Shown in pieces: positions 24,050 to 36,900 of a stretch of DNA of 64,000 nt. Position numbers and translations under genes: made by a program. Under the pieces are notes generated by a model. It worked only from the letters and a program-made list of their open reading frames with translations. It was not told the origin of the DNA and did not search any database. This DNA is from Octopus bimaculoides (Eukaryota). The DNA lies in assembly GCF_001194135.2 (NCBI RefSeq), contig NC_068982.1, forward strand, positions 153,334,399 to 153,398,398, given 5' to 3'. Within the stretch, counting starts at the first letter, position 1. Each line of letters starts with the position of its first letter.

Positions 24050-24337
24050 TGAAGAGACCGATGCGAGAGTGGTAGTCTCGTTTGTAGAGGTCACACCTAT
24101 ACGTTCAATCCGGTCTGTTGGCTGTCATTTCTTTTCTGCGGGCTCGGTTTCCAGCTGCCGCCACCCTCAAATTCTATTCGCCGGTCTGCAGTTGTTTGTG
24201 AAGAGTGCCTCTCCAGCTGGTTCGGTCGGCTGCGAGATCCTCCCAGGAATTGGTGTTGATGCCAAGTGCCTTCATGTCCCTCCTGCACACGTCTCTATAC
24301 CTCAGCTCCGGGCGGCCAATGTTTCTCTGCATATTCC
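24050..24337 (-). mobile_element. RTE-clade LINE 3' coding fragment nested in the Helitron
   Basis: RNIGRPELRYRDVCRRDMKALGINTNSWEDLAADRTSWRGTLHKQLQTGE...RCDLYKRDYHSRIGLF, the typical RTE C-terminus. Confidence 0.85.
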
Positions 24338-24807
24338 TTATGCATTCCAAAACCGAGTTACCGATTTTGACGTATGGGGTATCGCAAGATTCAGTACTAT
24401 TTCAGCTACAAATGAAATTTCATTGTCATTCACATATTTGCATTTCAAAAATTTAACGTTATAATCTTTTCCATAAATCAACTACAGTAAACATTTTATA
24501 CGACGATGACGTCACATTTTCTATATGTGTGTGTACGTTCAAAGAAATAAATCATCACGACACACACCTTCACTCACTCACTCTATCTCTCTTTCTCTCT
24601 CTTTCTTACTCTCTCTCACACACGCGCGCGCACGTATACACACACATACACACACGTCCATTTCATTTCAAGACAAAAGTTTCTAAAGGAGAAGATGAAA
24701 GACAGGAATAGCGGGTGACAGCAAAATGTTGATGTTTCACACCTTATCTATATTCTAAGAGAGAGAGAGAGCGAGTTTGTGTATGTGTATGTGTGTGTGT
24801 GTGTGTA

Positions 24808-24849
<42 letters not shown>

Positions 24850-24860
24850 TATGTGTGTGT

Positions 24861-24897
<37 letters not shown>

Positions 24898-25196
24898 TGT
24901 GTGCGTCTACGTATGTTTCTTATGCATTCGGAAATTGAGTTGCCCCAAGAAATTGAGTTTCACTTTCACTCTTTCACTTTTAATTCTAATGTGATAACAT
25001 TAAGATCATCTTAATTCTATTATATTTGAAATAAATGAATAACTTACATCCTAACTTGAACAACATAACGCATCAGTAACTTGCTGTCTTTCCGGCCACC
25101 ACAGAAGAATGGTATGTCAGTGTGTGTTCACTGACATAACCAACGGCTGGAAGTGAAACTCTTGACAAACAACAATGAGGTGACAGGTCCCAGGTA

Positions 25197-25232
25197 TATA
25201 AAAACACACATTTACTGTTCAATTACCAGTTA
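25197..25232 (+). promoter_or_regulatory. TATA box plus initiator-like motif upstream of the Helitron ORF, copy 1
   Basis: TATAAAAA at 25197, exactly 31 nt before the A of CCAGTT (25228). The ATG is at 25529. Confidence 0.4.
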
Positions 25233-25528
25233 ATCGTTATCGCAACAGTTGCAAAGTTCCAAGGTATTTACAGTTACATATTTACCCTTAAATTAACATT
25301 CATTACATGTGCTTAGTATATATATATATATATTATGAAATTTACTTATAATAATTATTGTGGCATTTACCGTTAAATTAGCAGTTCATACATGTGCTTC
25401 TCTTTGGTGAGTTTACACTGCATACAAAAATAAAAACATACTACATACATACAACTGCTTACAAAAATAGGGATTAAGTGTAAGTTTTTTCTATGTTTAT
25501 AATTTTTTGTTTACAATATTGAAAAAAT

Positions 25529-26270
25529 ATGCCACCAAAGAAAAGATGTAATCTCTCCAGAAAGAAGTATAAAGCAAGGAGGATTGTAGAAAACTGAAGG
25601 CGAGAGTTGTCTGAAGAGAGAGGCGAGATGAGATTTTCTCAAACTTAGCAAAGGGATGCTACAGCACGTCAGACGGGGTCTCAAGAGAGAAGGGAGATGA
25701 GACTTTCACAAAATCAGCAAATGCATGCTGCAGCACTTAATGCTGGAATTAGTCGAATCAATGTTTTAATGATTAGATAGTGGTCCAATAGAATAGCTTT
25801 CAGAAACAGACTACTTACATATTCGTTCTTCACAACTCTTGAAGCTGCGTTCAGATATCCATCCCATTCTTATGAAAATGATAACTCTCTCCAAGCTGGT
25901 GTGCTAAACACAAATTGTTGTTTCTGTAGAGCTTTAAAATTTTCAAATGAAACAAATGGCATGTACCGCTCAGGCGGTCAGGTAAGATTGCCAGCACTCT
26001 TATGGTTCTTCTAGAAGGCACTTACATCCAGTCAAAGGTTCTTCTGAACAATATCAGACAATACAACTATGCATTTCAAATGACATCGTTTATTGCATCT
26101 AAGAAGATACTTAAACATGAATTTACACCGACGTCAAAGTTCAAGGGCAAGTCTATTACCTCATTGTTTCTCTGTTACCCAAAAATGAAATCGATAGTTC
26201 CTCCAAATTTACTTTATGAGTGATGTAGGACATCAAACCCGAAAGAGGTGGCAAAATTTCAGACGATGGG
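25529..26270 (+). pseudogene. Helitron Rep/helicase N-terminal region, decayed
   Basis: MPPKKR start, then CRALKFSNETNGMYRSGGQVRLPAL, SKVLLNNIRQYNYAFQMTSF, QVYYLIVSLLP and FLQIYF across frameshifts. Confidence 0.82.
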
Positions 26271-26786
26271 TTCTTGTTAAACAAAGCGTAGACTGCTGCA
26301 AAGGAGAGTCTATCCACTGAGAGCTTTTCGGTGCGATCAAAAGTCACATAACCCCAACCCCCAATTTTCCATGACAGGTTAGGGCCTGAAATACTGCAAA
26401 TGGACGCATAGCAATGGACGAATTAGCTCATCATTTACTCCACAAATGCTTTGTTGTCAATACTACACTTTCCCATATCACCTGTTTCAACATAACTGTA
26501 ATATAATATATATAAATGAATGTATGAATGTGTATGTTTCTGTGTGCGTGTTTCCACATTAGATACGTTATTAAACACACATACATCTACACACGCATAC
26601 ACATATGTGTCGATTGATATGCGTAGATGTATGTCTGTATGTGTCTCTTTTACTATATGCATGTGACAGTATGTGAGACTCTGTGTGTGTATCATCACAT
26701 TTTGTATATGAATGTGTATGTGTGAGTGTGTGGGTATCTGCGCGTTCGTAACGTACGATATTAAACACACACACTTCTACACTTAC

Positions 26787-26826
<40 letters not shown>

Positions 26827-26885
26827 CGAGAACGGCTGGAGGTGAAACTCTTGACAAAAAACAATTCGGTGGAACATTTAAGGTA

Positions 26886-26920
26886 TATAAAAATATACAT
26901 CTACCGTTCAATTATCAGTT
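26886..26920 (+). promoter_or_regulatory. TATA box plus initiator-like motif upstream of the duplicated Helitron ORF start, copy 2
   Basis: TATAAAAA at 26886, 31 nt before the A of TCAGTT (26917). The ATG is at 27100. Confidence 0.42.
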
Positions 26921-27179
26921 TATAATTAGCGCAGGAGTTGCAAGGTTGCAAGGTATTTACAATGTGCTTATATTTCGTTAATTTACAATGCATACAAAAA
27001 TACGGGCATGCTACATACATACAACCGCTTACAAAACTAGCGATTAATGTGTATTTTTTCTCTGTTCATAATTTGTTTATTACAATATTGAAATCAAATA
27101 TGCCACCAAAGAAAAAACGTAATCTCTCTAGAAACACCTATCAAGCAAGGAGGATTGCAGAAAACCGCAGGCGAGAACC

Positions 27180-27510
27180 TCAAAAGATAAGGGATATGAG
27201 ACTTTGTCAAGATCAGTAAAGGCATGCTGTAGCACGTCGGATAGAGTCTCAAGATAGAAGGGAGATGAGACTTTCTCAAGATCAACAAAGTCATTCTGCG
27301 GCACGTCAAATAGTGTCCCAAGAAAGAAGGGAGATAAGACTTTCTCAAGATCAGCAAAGGCATGCTAGAGTATGTTTGATAGGGTCTCAAGAGAGAAAGG
27401 AGATGAGACGTTCTCAAACTCAGCAAAGGCGTGCTGCAGCACATCAGATGGAATCACAAGAGAGAAGAGAGATGTGATTTTCCCAAGATCAGTAAAAGCA
27501 TGCTGAGCAC
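27180..27510 (+). repeat. 69-bp (23-codon) tandem repeat, about 5 units, in the duplicated Helitron N-terminus
   Basis: Unit approximately CAAGAGAGAAGGGAGATGAGACTTTCTCAAGATCAGCAAAGGCATGCTGCAGCACGTCAGATAGAGTCT, encoding QERREMRLSQDQQRHAAARQIES. Confidence 0.88.
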
Positions 27511-27776
27511 TTAATGCTGTATCATTAAAACGTTTCGAACGTCAGATTGAACATAGGTCCAATAGAATAGCTCTCAGAAACACATCACGTACAAATTTGT
27601 TCTTTACTACTCCTGGAGCTGTTTCAGATATGATCCATCCCATTCTTATAAAAATTATAATTCTGTCCAAATCGGTGTGTTAAATTCAAATTGTCGTTGC
27701 TGCAAGCTTTAGAATTTACTCCACAAATGTTTTGTCGTCAATGCTGCACTTTGCCGTATCGCCTGGTTCAGCATAG

Positions 27777-27826
<50 letters not shown>

Positions 27827-30800
27827 AACAATGTTATTTTAATCCCCAGCAACACCGAGTATCTCTGCTAGTTTAATATATATCTTACGTGTAGCTTTTC
27901 TTTGGATGCAATCTAAGATGTTTTTGGTGTAGCAGAAGCAACTTCACAGATATGCGAGTAATACCGTATTGTGTGTTCAACTGAGCTTTATGAAATAGCG
28001 ACAATGTTTGAGGGCAGAGCAAGATCAACTCTCAGTCAAGTAAAGCCATGATGCTGTATTCAGACAGGTTACTAAAAAGCCTAGAAATGAGGAACCAGTC
28101 CAACAGGTTGGCTGCATGTTTTGTTAGGAAATTTGACAGGTAACACGGTTGGAGATTTTGCTGATGTATACAACAATATTATTTCTTCTACCGAACTTTG
28201 TAAACATCTAAATAAACGAAACTGTAAATAACTTAATTTCACAGTGCTCTACGATTGTGTTACTCGCTATACTTATAGTATAACCCACTAAATAATAGTA
28301 ATATTCTTCGTAACTTACAAAACAAAGCATAAAATCTTTAGGCAAGCTTTAGTCAATTAAATCAGTTTTGACATTTGACTGACTTTTACTTATTCCATCG
28401 ACTTCTGAAAGACGATAAACGAATTCAACATTTTGGACGTTCAAAAGTCGAACTATAATGTTCGATTCAGTTAATGAAGTATATTATATTTAAACACTAA
28501 TAACGATAAAAGAGTTTTTATTATGTAATATAAAGCGATGATATAAAGCTACTTGCATAAAATATCTTTATGGGATAAAGACTACGTATCAGCTCATAAC
28601 GAATTAATACATGCATAAATCATTGACTCTTTCGGAAAATAAATTAAGAAATCTCTTGTATTCTACAAAGAAGGAAAGAAAACACAAAGATAAAAAAGGA
28701 ACAAGGTCAAAAATATTTTTGGTGACTATTAATTTGAATCAGCATATCAGGGCAAGATTATAGATATAATCAAAGACCATCAGCGAACGTAAACAAAGGG
28801 CGGTTCAACACTAGAAGAGATAATTGACACTCATCCAATTAATATAATTGTTATTGAACTTCAACACTCTTTTATCATTTCGAAAGCCATTATTTATTTA
28901 CTAGAGTATCTTCACATACTTTAAAATCATCCATAATGCTTCAATGTTTGCTGCTATTCTATATGAAACGTTGTAAACACATCAGTCGCGAAGCAATGAT
29001 GTGTATGGGAAAGAAACGAAAGAAGAAAAACGACAGCAACCACTCTGGGAAAATATTGATATGTATGTGAATATCAGATACGAATGTAGTCTACGAAGTC
29101 ATTGTATGGAAGTTTTTTCTTTTAATGATGACCTTCAAAATGTAAGCAAAATGATTTCATAAATAACATGCCGCCAAATCGATAAACTGTTGAAGTTTAG
29201 TAATTGTAGAAGTCATTTCAATTCGGGACATGAAGTATAGGGTATGCCACCTATTTGCCAAGGCAATGAATCAAATACATTGTTTGCTATTTAATAACAG
29301 ATTTCAAGTCTGAATGTGTGTGTGTGTGTGTATAACAAGATGAATATTCTGACATACAGACTACCACGTGGGTCATAATTCTAATGCTTGAGTGAAGAAA
29401 TTGAGTCCCATTAAAAAAACATTATTCTGAAGAATACTTCTCGTTTTCAGAATCTTCAGTCGTGGCTACTGTATCGAACGTAGAAAATAGTAATTGCATT
29501 ACGCCAGATAGCTACAACGCTTAATTTAACTGAATTTACATTTCAAATCATCCATATAAGTAGAAATTTTTCGCATTTACTTTCGAAAGATTAATATGTT
29601 ACCTTATACGTAGATCATTGGACAAATTATAGAAATTAAATTTTCACGACAAAAAAAAAAAATAACATTACATCTTTTGTTAAGTAAATGAACGATATAA
29701 TGTGAGCATATCCTCTAACTAAAACACGTAGTATCTTTAGCGCTAGAGGACAATTTTAGCTTCTAGTGACAAATACCATGCTTTTGTTTTTGTCTTTGCT
29801 TTTACTTTGCCAAACATTCTCTCGATAAAAGCAACACTTAATTGCTGATCTGGAATATAGCCAACATCTCTCGGCGGATAAGTTACTGAACAGAAACAAT
29901 TTATCGTAGTCAGTACTATATGTGATCTATCAAGAGCAAAGTTCGCACGAATGGCTGCACTATAAAATCTAGATACAAACAATATCTTAAACCGTTTTCG
30001 ACGAATAATTTAGTTGACTGATAAAGCTGTTCTGCTGGTATCAATTTAAAAATTCTGATCTTTGTCTTAAGCTTGCACACTCCAATAAAATATAAAACAA
30101 TAATATCATAAAAGGATAATAATTATTTGAATTGGCGGAAGACTGCACAATTAAATTTTATTAATAAGACCTATCTGTCTTCTACTGTAAATATGTGTGT
30201 ATAAATTTCCGAAATTTTAAACTTGCTTTTATTTATTTATTTATTTATTTATAAAGTAGATTTTGAAACTTTATGTACATTAACATTTGCGTTGTCAGCC
30301 TGGTCGCAAACTGTCTTTCGATTAAACTGATACCAGCACTTGGCTGGTATTATATTTTCTTAACCTTAATGGTGACCTCGGCATGGTGGTATTTGCGCAT
30401 AAAAAGGCCAGAAACATCAGCATAGAATAATTTTCTATCCTAGAAAAATTAATCTTACCAATTAATCTTATTTCTAACACTGACATTCGACTAAAAACTT
30501 TTACGTCAATGCCTGTCTACTGTTTAGCATCCCAGTGATAGTTCTCAAATTTGATCAAGTTTTCTCCCATATTTTTTTCTAGTGTTCTAATAGCAACATG
30601 ATTTTCAGTATAAGTCACTTTCGTTCAGATCGTTTAGTAACACTTAATTATGTAACTACAATTTCCGAATTCATCACTGTTTGCTTCTTAAGTTGTTTTC
30701 TTTTTTCCTAGGGCACCCATTTGATCCAACCTCACTATTTAATTCCTCTCATTCATAACTCTTAGAAAACTTTAGTTATGTCTAAATTGTCTTTTAATAT

Positions 30801-31100
30801 TACTGAAACACGATAATCTAAGTCATTATCAAGTATTACTTGACCTTTTCCGATTTGACCCAGTTTGTCTCAAGATTTTTTTTTTTTTTTTTCGAATGCA
30901 CCAGTTTTAATGACTCTTTCAGATTTAGATTTCACTCATTGCGATCTCTTATATACGTGTTTCAAAATCAAATATTATGCCGAAATAAGGGAACTATACT
31001 ACCTACGGGTTTCATATATGCGCTTTTATTCTGTTTCGACACATTTTCCCGAATTTTTTTTTACCTAACCAATTTTCCATTATATTATTTCATTTTTAAG

Positions 31101-31313
31101 AAGGCGGCAAGTTGGCAGAAACGTTAGCACGCCGGGCGAAATGCTTAGCGGTATTTCGTCCGTTTTTACGTTCTGAGTTCAAATTCCACCGAGGTCGACT
31201 TTGCCTTTCATCCTTTCAGGGTCGATAAAGTACCAGTTGTGTACTGGGGTCGATTTAATCGACAGGTCCCCCCCCCAAAGTTTCGGGCATTGTTCCTGGA
31301 GTAGAAAAGAATA
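31101..31313 (+). mobile_element. tRNA-derived SINE, family 2, best-preserved copy
   Basis: AAGGCGGCAAGTTGGCAGAAACGTTAGCACGCCGGGCGAAATGCTTAGCGG...GAGTTCAAATTCC (B box)...GGTCGATTTAATCGAC. Confidence 0.88.
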
Positions 31314-34300
31314 TTTCATATGTAACAGAGCACTGGTCCATTCTGCTAACTTAATCGCGTATAATTTGGCAAAGGACTTCAGCCACTAGAAGGCATCGGC
31401 CTCATTGTGGATTTTTCGTTCGGAAGAGTCGTACCGCTACAGAGATACAGATTTGGTTGAAATGTTTGATGTCATCCTGTACATGCAATCATTGCTGGTT
31501 TTTCACTAACTGTGGCTAGTCTCTTTCTTTCTTTCTTTGTTTCTTTTTTTCTTTCTCTTTCTCTCTCTCTATCTCTCTATCTATCTCTCTCTCTCACGCA
31601 CACACACTCTCTCTCACGCACACACACTCTCTCTCACGTACACACACTCTCTCTCACGCACACACACTCTCTCTCTCATCTGAGTTTTGCTCAAAGAGTT
31701 CACAACCCGAAACTTTTAAAAACCTTTGGACTGATGATGCTTAGTGTGGAATTTGAACACCTTTGTGGCCTTCAAGATGAAGTTTTTCTGTTGGAATCGC
31801 ATATTATCGAGAATTTATTGGTTGGAACGTGAAGGAAGTTACTACAAGTTGTGAGTATTGTTAATGTCAACTGATATCCTATAATCTTCATATATAGACA
31901 ACCATTGAGTCACTTATTTTCTGGATGTGGATATGATATTGATTGGACACTGCATTGGCATCTGCATACTGCATTTCTGAAATGGTATCTACTAATATTA
32001 TACTTCTACAAGAGTAGGCATCGATTGAAGAAATCATCATCTTACTTGGTTCTTAATTCTATGCGTAACCGATTTTCATTTTCATCGGTCAGATGGAGAC
32101 AGCAGAGATATATTAAGAAAGGAGCTGGTGCAGGAAATTTTCTTGCTTCGTGAAGTTAATCTGTAAGATCGAAGTGAACAATAGATGATTTCAAGAAAGG
32201 AGCGGAGCATGACATGGAAAGTCGTGAGAATGAAAAACTTCCGAAAGTATTTTAAATGGTTTATGAAGCTAAAGCTCTGAGTATATTTGAAAATAGAAAA
32301 TACATCGCACTAAGTGCTCCTTATTTTCCATGCACATTATGGACTGCAATACCAGGTCCAATTCGCTACATAGCTGAGTCTGTATCATGGAATACACATT
32401 TGGTTACTGGCAATAGTCGTTCTAATAAAATTAAACTCTAGCTGAGATTTCGAAAGCAATTGTGAGGAATGAAATTTCTGCCACGATTAAGGCATCTTAA
32501 AAATCAGTTAAAACTTGCTGAATTTCTCAGGCAAATGAATATTAATCAAGTGAATACTCATTAATTCCCACCTTTGATTAAATTTCGGCAGGGAAACTGT
32601 CTGGCTCTAGAGTTTGGTTGTTATTCATTTTCCTAATATCTTCAATGAAATTTGGAGGTAATGGAGCACAAGATAAAAAGGAAATTGAGGAGGGTTGAGA
32701 GGCGATTAAAAATGTTTTGTCAAACGGCAGATATGTCTCCATTTCCAATTTCATACACACATCTATAAATGTATGCATATACACAAACGCGCCCCATCCC
32801 CCACACATACAGACAGACAAAAATATATACTAATTACTGTCTGTCCATTTTATTTGGCGCTCGTTTTTCATAGTTATTCACATACACATATATATTTATA
32901 TATACATAGCCAGCATCACAAAAACATACACGAACTTTGTTTTACGGTTTCTCCTTCTGCCTTTCTTTCTCTCTTTGGTTTCCTTTCTCTTTGTCTCCCT
33001 GTCTCTGAATATACATACATATCTACATACACATGATTTATTATTTGCAAATGTTTCGCGATAATATTAAGAAGTAAATCAATCCGCTATTTTTATATAC
33101 ATTTAAATCAATATGTTTTTGTTTATGTTGTAGGTGTACAGCCTATTTCTTTTCTCGCAATTAATGTTAAAGCCAATAGATGTTAATTCGGGAAAACATA
33201 ATAACGTATACTTTGACAAACTTAGAATAAAATTAATTCTCGAAGCTAACAAATAAAACTGCATCGATAAGTCTCAAACACGTTTATACGGGCAATAAAA
33301 ATAAAGACATATCAAAGATACACGTGAATAGAGAGGAAGAGACAAAATATGCCAGATATATTAGAGATACACGTGAACTGAGAGGAAGATTTCAATATAT
33401 GCCAGATATATTGTCGGTAAATTCTGGTGATTCTCAGACTTGAATTTGAAGTTGAAGACTCACATTTCAGCAACTTGTATTGATGATGCAAAACGGCAAA
33501 TACATACTTAGCATGAGGGGGTTACTGTATCGGTATGTCTAGCATTTTTTACGGAAAGTTAATTTATAACTAATTAACAAAAAGAAATCCATAACTCAAC
33601 TAGTAGGTGGTGTAAAGCAAGAATCGATAAATGTACTTTCCATTTTCCCTGTTTCATCTAATCATATCTTTTCTGTTATCTACCTCCAGTCCCATTTCTC
33701 GGTGTTTTTTAACCTTCCAAGTTGTGACCATCCAACCGGGGGTTTAACTGGAGATACCATACTGGTTTGATGTAGGCTGTACTAGTACTGTACACAAGAC
33801 CAGAATACTTCGCATTCCTTTAATAATGAGCTTAAAATTTTCATGTTTCGCAGTTTTCAAATCAATTTCGTTGTAGCATTCTTGCTATTTTGATTTTTTT
33901 TTTGTATATAAGCAACCTTTAAACACATTTCAACTCAGTATGCTATCAATACGAGTATTGCGTATGGTTTCTGTATACAGGCAGACAATGAAGAAGAACT
34001 ACTAAATTAATGAACTTGGCTTATACATAATTCTCTTTTGAAATCAATGTTTTTAAGTATGTTATTTTATCAGCAAGACAGTTGCTCTCAAATATTTGTT
34101 TTTATGAAGTAAATAAACGCAAAATAATACTGCTCAATCTGGGTGACAGTTTGTTTCAGCATTATCGGATTTAGACTCTCATCATAGACTAGAGCGTTAG
34201 ATAGTCTAATCCTTTATATTGATAACAATATAAACTTTAATTAATTTACATTCTTTCCTATGATATATCAGAGAATTATTATTTCTTTATTTGATAAACC

Positions 34301-34622
34301 TTTCCGTCTGCTAAACTAAAACACATTTTTTTAGTTAGTATTGTCGAACGATGTATATTGCGAAATAAAGTTGGAACAAGTTTATTCTTTTCAAATGAAT
34401 GCGTCTGCTGCTTGTCGACTAATTTATCTATTTCTTTGTAATTCTATGTCAATGAATTTATGCGTTTATTTGTTTGTTATAAATGATTGTATGACATTAA
34501 TAAACGAGAATTAAAATATTTTCACCAGTATTTGGGAATATTTCAAATGAGTTGCTAGCGGCGATAGGCATTCATAAACGTGCACACGCGTACGCGCACG
34601 CGCACGCACACACGTACGCACG

Positions 34623-34677
<55 letters not shown>

Positions 34678-34904
34678 GAGAAAAACAATTAGTTTTAAAT
34701 CTACTATATATTATAATTATATACATAGTTATAACAAGTGATCGGCTTTACGCCTCACCATGCACTACGCAAATTCGATCCTTTGTTATAATTATGTATA
34801 TAATTACAAAATATTTTGTAAAATTTACCTCTGAGGTTTTTATTTCCGCACTGGCCACCTGGTAAAATTATTATTGAGTTTAACCTTTTATGATAATATA
34901 TATA

Positions 34905-35282
34905 TAATATATGGGTACAGGATGTCACGAACGGTGGAAATGACATGAAATACGTAAACGAATGAGTTAAATACGTAAATAACGATAAAAAAATGGAAAA
35001 CAGGGCAAGTAAACACAGAGGAAGTATCTTTCATTTGTTGTCGGCTGTTTATCTACTCCTCATTTCTAGCATTCATCGATAATATGAGTCTTCAAAGACA
35101 GTTTCTCCCATAAATTCTGAAATAAAATTTAGGATTTATGGAGGGTCAAAGTTGGGAACAAAAACATGACAGTGGAGACACACAAGGAATCAATCGAAAA
35201 CAAACGGGAGGGTCGTTAGACCACAACGAGGGGAAAATAGTGAATGCTGGGAGAAACATTTTTTAAAAACAGGCAAGACAGA

Positions 35283-35344
<62 letters not shown>

Positions 35345-35580
35345 CAAGTCCGCATTTTTGAAACGCTGTGCAGGAAAAAAAAGATGGTCACGTGAGGAAC
35401 AGGAAGATGGACGATGGTCACGAGTGGGCAACGAGAGACAGACAGACAGATAGAAAACGGTGAAGGAGGGAGTGGAGAAAGGGACTTAGAGAAGGATGGA
35501 GGAAGAAAACAGTAGAGAGTAGACAGTCGCAACAAAAAGATGAAGATAAACTTACTTGGAAATGGATGCGTCGCATTCAA
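34905..35580. repeat. (TA)n-anchored interspersed unit with internal (GA)n, copy 1
   Basis: ATATGGGTACAGGATGTCAC...GTCGGCTGTTTATCTACTCCTCATTTC...GAGGGTCGTTAGACCA aligns with 35951-36470. Confidence 0.8.
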
Positions 35581-35583
35581 TTA

Positions 35584-35616
<33 letters not shown>

Positions 35617-35950
35617 NNNNNNNNNNNNNNNNNNNNNNNNNNNNNNNNNNNNNNNNNNNNNNNNNNNNNNNNNNNNNNNNNNNNNNNNNNNNNNNNNNNN
35701 NNNNNNNNNNNNNNNNNNNNNNNNNNNNNNNNNNNNNNNNNNNNNNNNNNNNNNNNNNNNNNNNNNNNNNNNNNNNNNNNNNNNNNNNNNNNNNNNNNNN
35801 NNNNNNNNNNNNNNNNNNNNNNNNNNNNNNNNNNNNNNNNNNNNNNNNNNNNNNNNNNNNNNNNNNNNNNNNNNNNNNNNNNNNNNNNNNNNNNNNNNNN
35901 NNNNNNNNNNNNNNNNNNNNNNNNNNNNNNNNNNNNNNNNNNNNNNNNNN

Positions 35951-36327
35951 ATATATATACATATGGGTACAGGACGTCACCAACGGTGCAAATAACCTGA
36001 AATGTATAAACAAACGAGTTGAATACGTAAACAACGAGAGAAAAATGGAAAACAAGACAAGTTAACATAGAAAAAGGACCCGTCATCAGTTGTCGGCTGT
36101 TTATCTACTCCTCATTTCGAGGATTAAATGACAATATGAGTCTTCAAAGACAGTTGCTCCCATAAATTCTGAAATAAGATTTAGGATTTATGGAGGGTCA
36201 ATGTTGGGAACAAAAACATGACAGTGGAGACATCCAAGGAAATCGAACGAAATCAAAGAGGAGGGTCGTTAGACCAGAACAAGAGGAAATTAGTGGGAGA
36301 AGCATTTTTTTTTAATAGAGGAAACAT

Positions 36328-36396
<69 letters not shown>

Positions 36397-36470
36397 GGAG
36401 AGAGAGAGAGAGAAACAGGTCCGTTCTTTTGGACGTCTGTGCAGGAAAATACAGATGTTCACGCGAGGAA
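35951..36470. repeat. (TA)n-anchored interspersed unit with internal (GA)n, copy 2
   Basis: Diverged direct repeat of ~34905-35400, separated from copy 1 by (TA)n and a gap. Confidence 0.8.
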
Positions 36471-36549
36471 AAATATGTATGTACGTATATACCTATATAT
36501 TTACGTAAGATACATTCCAAAGGTTTCCTAACTTTTTGAGAAGATGCAA

Positions 36550-36900
36550 TTATTAATTTCTAAGTAGGAAACTCCTTCAAAATAGAGGTCTCTGACTTCG
36601 ATGCCCATGTTGTAGCGTTCTAGTCCCCTCGTGAAGGCTCCATAGTTCTCCAAAGTGAATGATTGTAGGACCTTTGTCACAACCTCCATATTGGCAATGG
36701 ATTCAAAACAGATACCTCCGACGTTCTCCTTCAGCCTGAAAAATAACGAAAAGTCACAGAGAACAAGGTCTAGAGTGTATTGAGTGTGAGGGAAGGTTTT
36801 GATGCCTACCTCAAGTAATTCGCTATATAGATTGAATTGTGGACGGTGGAAAGGCCTGGTGCAGATGCGCTGCAGAACTTGGAACGAAAGACAATGTTAC
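36550..36900 (-). pseudogene. mariner transposase C-terminal fragment
   Basis: Minus strand reads KTFPHTQYTLDLVLCDFSLFFRLKENVGG...LERYNMGIEVRDLYFEG, a decayed YSPDLAPxD...YFEG. Confidence 0.8.

Larger units (their letters stand above)
23856..27871 (+). mobile_element. Non-autonomous Helitron, ~4.0 kb
   Basis: Host A|TCTATCTTATATATTAAAAGG 5' end, decayed subterminal hairpin CCCCAGCAACACCGAG, and CTAG|T 3' end. It contains Helitron N-terminal coding remnants. Confidence 0.8.

Noticed and set aside
27180-27510. Regularly spaced repeats resembling a CRISPR array
   Set aside because: The units are contiguous 69-bp in-frame coding repeats with no unique spacers, in eukaryotic DNA.
31680-32450. 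Short plus-strand ORFs with coding-like composition
   Set aside because: No family motif recognised and the frames are interrupted.
33316-33412. 49-bp two-unit tandem duplication
   Set aside because: Real but ordinary: two diverged units with no further structure.
35040-35120. Hammerhead-like TTGAAGA...GAAA on the minus strand of the TA-anchored unit
   Set aside because: Stems I to III do not close and there is no valid UH after a palindromic loop.
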